Source: a virus (lineage: Duplodnaviria > Caudoviricetes). From it: a stretch of 33,867 bases of DNA. The translations under genes and the position numbers were made by a program. Below, piece after piece: positions 8,901 to 16,758 of this stretch. The stretch's first letter is position 1. Each line of letters starts with the position of its first letter. Below the pieces are notes generated by a model that saw only the letters and a program-made list of their open reading frames with translations, was not told the DNA's origin and did no database searches. The stretch is taken from positions 1 to 33,867 of the IMG/VR virus record IMGVR_UViG_3300020045_002515. One strand, given 5' to 3'.

Positions 8901-11900
8901 AATGTCCGGCCGGGAAGATCTTGTCGGGGTACTACCTAATCAAGCAAGCGAAGCGGATCAAGATGCGGTCGCAAATGGGTACCTGGATAGCTTAATGAAG
9001 CGCTACAATAACGATGTTCGATATGTAGCTGCGGCCTGGTATGCCGGCGAAACTAATGCAGATCGATACTTTGAAAGGGGATCATTCCCGACTGAAAGAG
9101 AAGGGGGTGGCAAGTATCCATCGGTCAATGAATATGTTAATGAGGTGGCTGCCAGGATGGGGGCCGGTGGGATATCATCGAAATTTAATCAAGTTGCCGG
9201 CGGGGTAAATACCACTACAACTGCAGAATATCAGTCTAAAAACTTAGTAGCAAAGGACAATCTTGCAGGAAATAATCTTATTAACCAAGGCAAGCAAACC
9301 AACAACAACCAATCGCAAGCTGCCATTAACACCATTAAAATAGATATACCTTTGGAAGCTGAAGCAAGCGGATTTGATGGCGAAAGATTCCCGGATTATA
9401 AAGCAGCTGCTAAAAAAGTAGTCGCAGATTATGGCGATAAGATTGTTCTTGAAACAGATAACGGCAATCGGGCAATGGTAGTACATCCTAGCACTAAGGA
9501 AGATGGCAAATGGCAAGGATCCTTTATTGATAACAAGGGCCCATTCATGGATATACAACGAGATACAAAAGAGCAAGTTGTTGCTGATGCCCTGGAACAA
9601 GGGTATACAAATTTAGCACATCAAGGCAATAAATCGCCAATGCCAGGAGTGTTTTATCAAGCTGCTAAAAATAAAGTATTGAAGTATCCTATGGAGAAAA
9701 GGGACTTATGGTGGGGAGAAGCAAACTATAAAAATGAAGGTGGCCAATTAGTAAGCGTTACACCAGATGAATTTTTAGCAAAATCTAAGCCTTTGGTTAT
9801 GGATCGGCTCACCAGGGAAAATGTTGACGATATTAAGCAGCATATACAAGATGGCCATAAACTCGATCCTTTAACTTTGTATGGTACAGATACGACTAAT
9901 GTTAAGCATAGCGATGGTAGGCATAGAGCAATAGCCGCTAAAGAATTGGGAATTAAACAAGTGCCGGTCGTGGATTATACCAATACCCTTAAGGATACAA
10001 GTACATATAATCAATCTGCAGTCGGGGATCAATTGAATGACTTAGTTGCTATTCATAATCTCAATGCTGCAAATATTGATTTTGCTGCAGACTTTGGAGG
10101 GATCCCGGTACCAAGCATAGCGATAACTAAAAAAGATATTTCCTTAACTGGGTATGGAGATATTACCCTTATCGGAAATAAAGAAATGATCGATCCTTCA
10201 AAAACTCCGGTATTCTCTGCAGATGCTTATTCTATGAGATTCCCGCCTATCGTTTGGCCAAAAGTGCCCACAAGATTAGCGCAAGCGGTGGTCGATAAGT
10301 ACAGATCATATTTTAAAGCAGTCGATAAATCTGTATGGTTAGACCAATCGTGGGATTATATGGTTAATAATCCAGATCGTGACAAAGCAATAAGCAATTT
10401 CAAGTCCTCCGGTAGCATCCTGGCCTTTATGCACGAAGTCAAAGGATTAGATTATACAGTACCAATGCGGAATATGTCCTTTGAAAGTATTTATCTGCAA
10501 GATCCTAAGTTTGTAGAAGTCGTTAGGGCAATCGGTGATGATATTCACAATATGAAGGATACAGATCCGCGATGGGCCAAAATATCTAAGGCCGCAAAAG
10601 CAGCGGTTACAAGAGTATTTAAGGCTAAGTATAATACAAAAGCAGGGCGGGATCTTACTGCAAAATTCTTAGAAAAAGACTTTAACGAAAACGGAAATAT
10701 GTACTATGGCCCATTTAGCAAAATGACTTATGGTATTGATAAAGTTGGCAAGCAAGAAATAGATGCCCATGCTGCTCGGCAAGAACTTGAAACAATGGTC
10801 GAACCATTTGCCAATGAATACAATGAATGGGTGGCCAATATATTTGCGCCTTTGTTTACTAAGCCACAAATAAAAGTCGGACAAAAGAATATGCCATTAA
10901 CTCTTAATAACGTAGTTGATGCAATGACAAGCGCCCAGGTGAAGAACAAGGAAAACACTATTACCTATGGGCCTGGTCAGCTTAAGGCTGCAGTATCAAG
11001 CCGATTCAAGTCATTGGATGAACTGCGGGCGAAGAAGGAAAGATTAATTTCACCAAAAGAAGAAGGTGTCGCAAACAAGGATCTGGATGTTCTCCTGGAA
11101 AAATTCAGAAATGCAGCATCACCTTTTTATCTCGGCCAGAACTGGCGCGGTGAAATCGATGTATGGAACTCTTTCGATGATAGCATGAAATCATTGGCCC
11201 AGGCCCAGAAGAAGGGCGGATCATTGGCTGCAGTCAAAGCAGCATTGAAGAAGAATGATTTTAGTGTTGTTGATAACGAAGTGGCCCAAGTCGGTGTCGA
11301 TGCGTTAAAGAAGGTGGCTGAAGGACTAACGGATTACTTCGAAGCTAAGCCACAAAGGGCCGTATCTCTCTCTGAATTTAGTGGCGCGGTAGTACCTATC
11401 AATACACCAATAAAAACGCGTAGCAACCTAGAAGCGGCCGGTGTTCCTATAGTTGAATATGATCCTAGTGTAGAAGGATCCCGCCAAGCTGCTATTGAAA
11501 GTTTTTACAACAAACCTAATATTCTCTTTCAATCCGCAGCATGGCATGGTACACCTCATTCCTTTGATAAGTTTTCATTGGATCATATGGGCAGCGGCGA
11601 AGGTGAACAAGCTTTTGGATGGGGCCTATACTTTGCATCTGATAAGAAAATTGCTGAATGGTATAAGGATACGCTTGCACCAAAACCTAGCGCTACTTTT
11701 GATGGTAAAACATATGCTACTTTTAAGCATGAAGGTAACGAGATCATTGCCATTGCTCTGCAAGCGCTTGAAGAAAACGCGGGTACGACTGATGTTGCCA
11801 AGGGTATCAAACGAGTAGAAGAATCGTTTAAAGAAATTATGGAAATGACACAAGATGCTATCGATGATGATCCGGAAGTTGAGCAGATAAATAGTGCTAT

Positions 11901-14900
11901 CAAGTGGTTAAATGACAATGCCGGCAAGATTACATTGCAGGGCGATGTTGGTAAGCTTTACGAAGTATCGTTAGCGCCGGATGCTGAAGATATGTTGGAT
12001 TGGAATAAACCTTTAAGCCAACAGTCTGAACGAGTGAAAAACATTCTTTCAAAAAAACCTAAACAAGCAAAAAGTTTTATAGTTAAAGAATTTGTGCCTA
12101 CTCAATTTTTTAAAACTCCGCAGAAAGACTTTAACGGAATCTCTTTACCATTCAATGTAGTAGATGCTAAAACTGGTGAAATTTTTGATATGTTTGCAAC
12201 AAAAGAAGCGGCAGAGAAAAAAATATTATCTCTAAAAAATAGTGCTGATGCTGAAAACATTCGCAATAGCGAAATGACAGGTAAAGAAATATATGGACAA
12301 TTGGAAGCTAAATTCGGATCGGATGAAGAAGCATCTAAATATCTAAATTCTATCGGTATTCCTGGGTTGAAATACCTTGATGGAACAAGTCGAACCGGCA
12401 GGAAAAATAATTACAACTATGTTATCTTTGACGATCAAGCAATTGAAATCGTGAATACCTTCGACCAGGCCAAAAAGAAAAAGACTGGCGAAGTCGGCAA
12501 GCGCGGATCAATTGAATTTGGATCTAACGGCAAAACAACTATTCAATTATTTGCTGCAGCTGATAGATCGACATTCTTGCATGAAACCGGCCACTTATTC
12601 CTTAACGATATGGAAAATATCATACTGGGCCCGGATGCGCCGGCTGCAGTCATAGCGGATTTTGAAACTGTTAAGGAATATCTAGGGGTTACACCAGATC
12701 AGATCGGGGCCGATGGCCGGGTAAGGTGGACAGTAGAGCAGCATGAAATGTATGCCCGAACCTTTGAAGGATATCTGCGCGAAGGTAAAGCGCCGAACAC
12801 TAAACTACAGAAAGTATTCCAAAACTTTAAGCGGTGGCTTACTAATATTTACCGGAATGTGAAAAGCCTTAATATGGCCATTACACCGGAAATACGCGAA
12901 GTCATGGATCGGATGCTTGCTACTGAAAATGAAATTAAGCAAGCGGAAAACTTTACCGAATACAATGCGCTGATAGATGCTGAAGCGGGTAAGGGAATAT
13001 CCTTTGCTGACTACAACAAATATCTGGATCTGATGGTGGAAGCGAAGGGCATGGCTGAAGAAACTTTATTAAGTAAGCTTATGTCTGAAGTGTCCGGTGA
13101 GAAAAAAGCTGCCCAGGCTGCGCAGCGGGCCCAATTACAAGAAGATATCTTAAAAGAAGTACAAGATATGCCGGTATATAAATCCCTGGAACTGCTGCGT
13201 ACTGGCGAACTTAAGCTAAGCACACAAGAACTTGTCGATCAGTTTGGCGAAGATGTTGTGGCTCAATTGCCGGCCGATATTCATAGCGAAGCAAGCGATC
13301 TTACTGCTGATGATGTGGCCGATATCCTAATGTTCTACACTTCTGGCGATGAAATGATTCAAACGATCCTAGCTGCTCGGCCAATAGCTGAAGAAGTGCA
13401 GGATCAAGTTGATTATTCAATGGCTGCGGAAGAAGCAAGCGCGATGGACAATGGCCAGATTAAACAAATGGCGCTCAATGCTATTCATAATACGAAGCGC
13501 CTGGATATGATGGCCCTGGAAGTATCTATGCTCGATCTCCTAGTGGATCAAGGCAAGGCGGATAATAAGACTACTATTCTGGCTAATAAAGAAATGGCCA
13601 AGGCATTAGAACAAGTCAAGCAGCAAAACATCGATAATCATGTGCTTTATCTGGTAAATAATTCTTTGATGGGTGTGGAGAAAAAAGGCGCGGTAATGGA
13701 TGCCGAAGGTAATGCGACTGGTGAATGGTATGCCGGATTTTCTAATAATGAACCATGGTACGCTGATATTATGGGGATCATCAATAAAGATGGACTGCCT
13801 AGCAACTGGGGCGATTTCATCAAAGATTTTAAAGCTAAGAAAAAGCCGATTGAAAAGATGCCGGCCAAGATGCGCGAAGTTTATACATTAGTTGCTGAAG
13901 ATCATCTGAAAAAAGGTTATGAAACTACCTTCGGGGAAGTGCCGCCGGATGAAAGTCATGCTGCAATTATATCCGCGATAAACGAAGTTAATGGATTGAT
14001 TGAAGCTGCCGGCAATTTAGCTGCGCCGGATCCTGCACCGGTTAGCGCTGAACAAGCTACACAAATGGCCCTAGATCTGCAGACTAACCAGAAGGAAAGA
14101 CTGGCCAATGCCCTATCGAAAACAAGGGCAATCAAAGCAGCTGCCAAAACCATCATATCGAATAAGGCTTATGCTGATGCGATCAAGGCAAGCGAATACT
14201 TTACTGCTGAAAGAAGATCTGCTGCCCGGGCCGAAGCTGCGTATAAGGCCGGAAAGTATGATGCTGCTGCTGATGCAAAAGAGCAACAAATGTTAAATCA
14301 CGCATTGGCCATGGAAGCTATTAGGGTTAAAACCGAAGTCGATAAAATGCGCCGGTACTTTACGAAGTTTGATAGTAACAAGAAAATGTCGATTGATATG
14401 GGATACCGGGATCAGATCGATGAACTATTGGAACGATTTGACTTCAAGAAGCGCAGCGCCAAGATCATCAAGCGCCGGGAAGGACTAGCTGCCTGGATCA
14501 CTTCACAAGAAGCGGCCGGCGAAGTTGTTACCATTACCGACAAGATGAAAGATGCTGCCTTTAAGATCCATTTTAGCAAGCTGACTATTGACGAAATGCG
14601 GGATCTCAATGATGCGATCAAGAACATTGAACACCTGGGCCGGCTGAAGAATAAGCTGCTTACCAATAAGAATAAGCGGGATTTCCAGGAAGCGAAGGAT
14701 AATCTGGTTGCATCAATCTTTGACAATAACAAGATCACAAAGGGCCCAGGGGTTAATCCTAATCAGTCCGGCATGGATAAGCTAATGCACAAACTAAGAT
14801 TTGCTGATGCTTCGCTGCGAAAGATAGAATTTATTGTCCGGCGATTGGATGGCGATGCGGGCCAAGGTGAAGGATGGAACTATTTATTCCGGCCAATTGA

Positions 14901-16746
14901 AGAAGCGGAAGAAACTGAAATAATTATGCGGGAAGAAGCAAGTAAAAACCTTAAGGCTATATTCGCCAAGCATTATTCTGCCGGTGAATACAGTCGATGG
15001 AAAACTAAAAAGATCTATGTATCTGAAGTAAAGGATCAGATCCCTTTCTTCACGAAGGAAAATATTATATCCCTGGCCCTTAACTGGGGCAATGAAGGTA
15101 ATAAGCAACGTGTCCGGGATGCCTATGCGTGGGATGATGCCAAGGTACAAGCGATCTTTGACAACATGACGAAGAATGACTGGGATTTTGTCCAGGATGT
15201 TTGGAATATGGTGAATACCTATTTCCCTGCTATGGATCAATTGACTAGGGATGTTGCCGGAATCAAGCTGCCCAAGGTGGATGCTGCTGAAGTTAAAACA
15301 CAATACGGCACATATGCCGGCGGGTACTATCCCATCAAGTACGATCCTAGATTATCAGAACAAGCTTTTGCCCAGGATGAAGCGCAGCGGCAGAAAGACT
15401 TCTTTGAGAATCAATTTTACCGGGCCGGGACTAAGCAAGGGCACACAAAGGATCGTGCAGCTGCAGTCAAGGATAGGCCGATTAAATTGGATCTGGGTGT
15501 ATTGTCAGAACACTTAACCAATGTAATACATGATCTGGCTTACCGGCGGGCAATCCGCGATGTAGATAAGATGCTGCGGAATAAGGAAGTAAGGGAAGCG
15601 CTCACATCAACGATCGGTAGCGAAGCATATCACCAATTCAATCCATGGCTGCAAGCGATCGGTAATGAGAATAAAGCGCCGGCCACTTATATCGATGGAT
15701 TACTAGGTAAAGCCAGGATGGGCGCTACTGTGGCCGCTATGGGCCTTAAGATTACGACTGCTATTGCACAACCAGTCGGGGCATTTAACTTTATGCCCAG
15801 GATCGGGATGCTGCGAACAGTACAAGCATTAGCAGCATTTTATAGCAATCCAATGGGTAAGGTAGATTTCGTTATTGAAAAGTCTGCTTTTATGCGTACA
15901 CGCAGTACAAATTTTGAGCGCGATGTGCATCAAACAATGAAAAACCTTATCGATGCAGGAAAATGGTCAAGGATGCAAGAAACCTTCTTTATGCACATTG
16001 CCATTATGGATCAGTCGATTACAGTACCGGTATGGATTAACGAGTATAACCATGCTTTACTTGAAACGAATGGTAATGAGGAAATGGCAATAAGAAAGGC
16101 CGATGCTCTTATTCGGCAAACACAAGGTAGCGGATCAGTAAAGGATCTGGCAGCGATACAAAGGGGCAGCGAAAAGGACAAGATGTTCACGATGTTTTAT
16201 TCCTACTTCAGCGCCGCCTACAATATGTATGCCGAAAGTATTCACAGTACCAAGAAAATGTCCGATATTCCCAAATTTGTAGCATCCGCAATGTATCTCT
16301 GGTTTTTCCCGGCGCTGCTCGGTGAACTGGTTACTGGCAGGGGCCCAGGGGATGATGATGATACTGAAGAAAAAGCAAAATGGGCAATTAAAACCATACT
16401 ACTCTATCCTTTCCAGACGATCCCTTTTGCCCGCGATGTTATTAACGCGGCCGGCAGCGGATTTGAATATAAAATGTCACCGGTATCCGGGGTGTTTTCC
16501 AGTCTGGTGAAAGCAATGTGGGCAGCGGGCGATGTGGCCAACAAGGGACAAGATAAAGATTATGAGAAGTTGGCGCTTCATTCGGCCGAAACTATTTCCT
16601 ACTTTACCGGGATACCATGGGGCCAGATCAAGATCACCACGAAAGGATTTTATGACTGGATAGAGGATGGCGCGAAAACAAGTGATATCAATGCCGAACT
16701 TATCCGAAACATTACCCTGGGTAAGAAATACGAAAAGAAGAATTAA
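5920..16746 (+). CDS. Giant polyvalent ejection protein (gp16-position) with ART-like, M15 peptidase, lytic transglycosylase, ParB-like and HExxH metallopeptidase domains
   Basis: 3608-aa ORF. Gly/Ala hydrophobic segment ~6620-6765. Motifs: FLHGS..GGLYV..IEYSII; SYHLSGDAID..HLHL; QESGG..AYGKYQF; DGRHR; WHGT..FGWGLYF..NYVIFD; TFLHETGH..HEMYARTFEGYL. Confidence 0.9.
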   Translation: MSFELTPLGDKPKGDMVLGDSKPLGTGAFDLVPIADAEPIKAVSTWDTVKKTVGNEFDYVSNSLKTAYNAMSNVNPDNTSDDMKLSQKTGIPIWVIQANDENRKSALEVQDKLAANGNDWRRTATSYPATAQWMLNPQNMSVAKDDVPNLEQHEGIFGSFGRGFKSGDKQVDLANLAYKQMLGDNSALLEEKIKKLEKEMSEDKPPTDFVKGGIYGAAQMLPQLWESIRKGNERGLAGALMAGGAAVALGQMGPQIALPEEIVTVPVASGAAYTAGILTGGAETSFKMESALAYREFINIKDKNGVSVDPDVAKMAAAMVGTANAGLEFMQLKWLAQSIPGGKEMIAKMSREGMKEILRNKTYGAAFVNFAKGYTGIISKETATEVLQEGITILGREGSKNMGGVNNPVADSNDDYMNRLIDTGIQSAQAFTFLTLPGPSMNFVRDTRAAVRGETNQAVIGALGDSAAASKLRERLPEAYQAFVKDIKDKHEGSISDIYIPVTQFSGYFQDKTDKVVSELGIDKQYAEAVLTGGDVRIPIEVYQAKLAATEHHKNLMPDLKLDVNDMTAREAEEFRGKQQEYFQNEVAEAQKQLTNDAANSSDLEYIRANIKGQLMGTGKVTSADAEAYAAIYTARASVVAQQLGIKPKGWYDNLGLTISVGQDGQVRTQTLGRDKTMTTAAQNQDGNTISFLHGSNNPDLTLENIQITGRDSSKQGKGTDKFGGLYVVTPEDAAAAEHYSKMAGGSPTVYQIHLDPNAKIMDINVKGGIERLSKEKIDELVAAGYSAVRGPNTLGTTIEYSIINKAAIVGMNKQEAPVVQQGVKPLPVDNNVEDYAGVKENVKQGANNFGAYLQSLGLNPVITSGKRSIENNTAVNGAANSYHLSGDAIDISLGNLTQEQQYEIETKAREAGWGEVLYHDAGSGVHLHLANLKGGETGFAQPTAPVSQRTLVENIRVAIFGQESGGDITAYNPDGDAYGKYQFQPGTWDAAAKMSGREDLVGVLPNQASEADQDAVANGYLDSLMKRYNNDVRYVAAAWYAGETNADRYFERGSFPTEREGGGKYPSVNEYVNEVAARMGAGGISSKFNQVAGGVNTTTTAEYQSKNLVAKDNLAGNNLINQGKQTNNNQSQAAINTIKIDIPLEAEASGFDGERFPDYKAAAKKVVADYGDKIVLETDNGNRAMVVHPSTKEDGKWQGSFIDNKGPFMDIQRDTKEQVVADALEQGYTNLAHQGNKSPMPGVFYQAAKNKVLKYPMEKRDLWWGEANYKNEGGQLVSVTPDEFLAKSKPLVMDRLTRENVDDIKQHIQDGHKLDPLTLYGTDTTNVKHSDGRHRAIAAKELGIKQVPVVDYTNTLKDTSTYNQSAVGDQLNDLVAIHNLNAANIDFAADFGGIPVPSIAITKKDISLTGYGDITLIGNKEMIDPSKTPVFSADAYSMRFPPIVWPKVPTRLAQAVVDKYRSYFKAVDKSVWLDQSWDYMVNNPDRDKAISNFKSSGSILAFMHEVKGLDYTVPMRNMSFESIYLQDPKFVEVVRAIGDDIHNMKDTDPRWAKISKAAKAAVTRVFKAKYNTKAGRDLTAKFLEKDFNENGNMYYGPFSKMTYGIDKVGKQEIDAHAARQELETMVEPFANEYNEWVANIFAPLFTKPQIKVGQKNMPLTLNNVVDAMTSAQVKNKENTITYGPGQLKAAVSSRFKSLDELRAKKERLISPKEEGVANKDLDVLLEKFRNAASPFYLGQNWRGEIDVWNSFDDSMKSLAQAQKKGGSLAAVKAALKKNDFSVVDNEVAQVGVDALKKVAEGLTDYFEAKPQRAVSLSEFSGAVVPINTPIKTRSNLEAAGVPIVEYDPSVEGSRQAAIESFYNKPNILFQSAAWHGTPHSFDKFSLDHMGSGEGEQAFGWGLYFASDKKIAEWYKDTLAPKPSATFDGKTYATFKHEGNEIIAIALQALEENAGTTDVAKGIKRVEESFKEIMEMTQDAIDDDPEVEQINSAIKWLNDNAGKITLQGDVGKLYEVSLAPDAEDMLDWNKPLSQQSERVKNILSKKPKQAKSFIVKEFVPTQFFKTPQKDFNGISLPFNVVDAKTGEIFDMFATKEAAEKKILSLKNSADAENIRNSEMTGKEIYGQLEAKFGSDEEASKYLNSIGIPGLKYLDGTSRTGRKNNYNYVIFDDQAIEIVNTFDQAKKKKTGEVGKRGSIEFGSNGKTTIQLFAAADRSTFLHETGHLFLNDMENIILGPDAPAAVIADFETVKEYLGVTPDQIGADGRVRWTVEQHEMYARTFEGYLREGKAPNTKLQKVFQNFKRWLTNIYRNVKSLNMAITPEIREVMDRMLATENEIKQAENFTEYNALIDAEAGKGISFADYNKYLDLMVEAKGMAEETLLSKLMSEVSGEKKAAQAAQRAQLQEDILKEVQDMPVYKSLELLRTGELKLSTQELVDQFGEDVVAQLPADIHSEASDLTADDVADILMFYTSGDEMIQTILAARPIAEEVQDQVDYSMAAEEASAMDNGQIKQMALNAIHNTKRLDMMALEVSMLDLLVDQGKADNKTTILANKEMAKALEQVKQQNIDNHVLYLVNNSLMGVEKKGAVMDAEGNATGEWYAGFSNNEPWYADIMGIINKDGLPSNWGDFIKDFKAKKKPIEKMPAKMREVYTLVAEDHLKKGYETTFGEVPPDESHAAIISAINEVNGLIEAAGNLAAPDPAPVSAEQATQMALDLQTNQKERLANALSKTRAIKAAAKTIISNKAYADAIKASEYFTAERRSAARAEAAYKAGKYDAAADAKEQQMLNHALAMEAIRVKTEVDKMRRYFTKFDSNKKMSIDMGYRDQIDELLERFDFKKRSAKIIKRREGLAAWITSQEAAGEVVTITDKMKDAAFKIHFSKLTIDEMRDLNDAIKNIEHLGRLKNKLLTNKNKRDFQEAKDNLVASIFDNNKITKGPGVNPNQSGMDKLMHKLRFADASLRKIEFIVRRLDGDAGQGEGWNYLFRPIEEAEETEIIMREEASKNLKAIFAKHYSAGEYSRWKTKKIYVSEVKDQIPFFTKENIISLALNWGNEGNKQRVRDAYAWDDAKVQAIFDNMTKNDWDFVQDVWNMVNTYFPAMDQLTRDVAGIKLPKVDAAEVKTQYGTYAGGYYPIKYDPRLSEQAFAQDEAQRQKDFFENQFYRAGTKQGHTKDRAAAVKDRPIKLDLGVLSEHLTNVIHDLAYRRAIRDVDKMLRNKEVREALTSTIGSEAYHQFNPWLQAIGNENKAPATYIDGLLGKARMGATVAAMGLKITTAIAQPVGAFNFMPRIGMLRTVQALAAFYSNPMGKVDFVIEKSAFMRTRSTNFERDVHQTMKNLIDAGKWSRMQETFFMHIAIMDQSITVPVWINEYNHALLETNGNEEMAIRKADALIRQTQGSGSVKDLAAIQRGSEKDKMFTMFYSYFSAAYNMYAESIHSTKKMSDIPKFVASAMYLWFFPALLGELVTGRGPGDDDDTEEKAKWAIKTILLYPFQTIPFARDVINAAGSGFEYKMSPVSGVFSSLVKAMWAAGDVANKGQDKDYEKLALHSAETISYFTGIPWGQIKITTKGFYDWIEDGAKTSDINAELIRNITLGKKYEKKN

Positions 16747-16758
16747 GGGGGTTTAATC

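Noticed and set aside
9736-9975. ParABS plasmid-prophage partition system
   Set aside because: The ParB-like motif is an internal domain of a virion protein with no HTH, and no ParA or parS array is seen.
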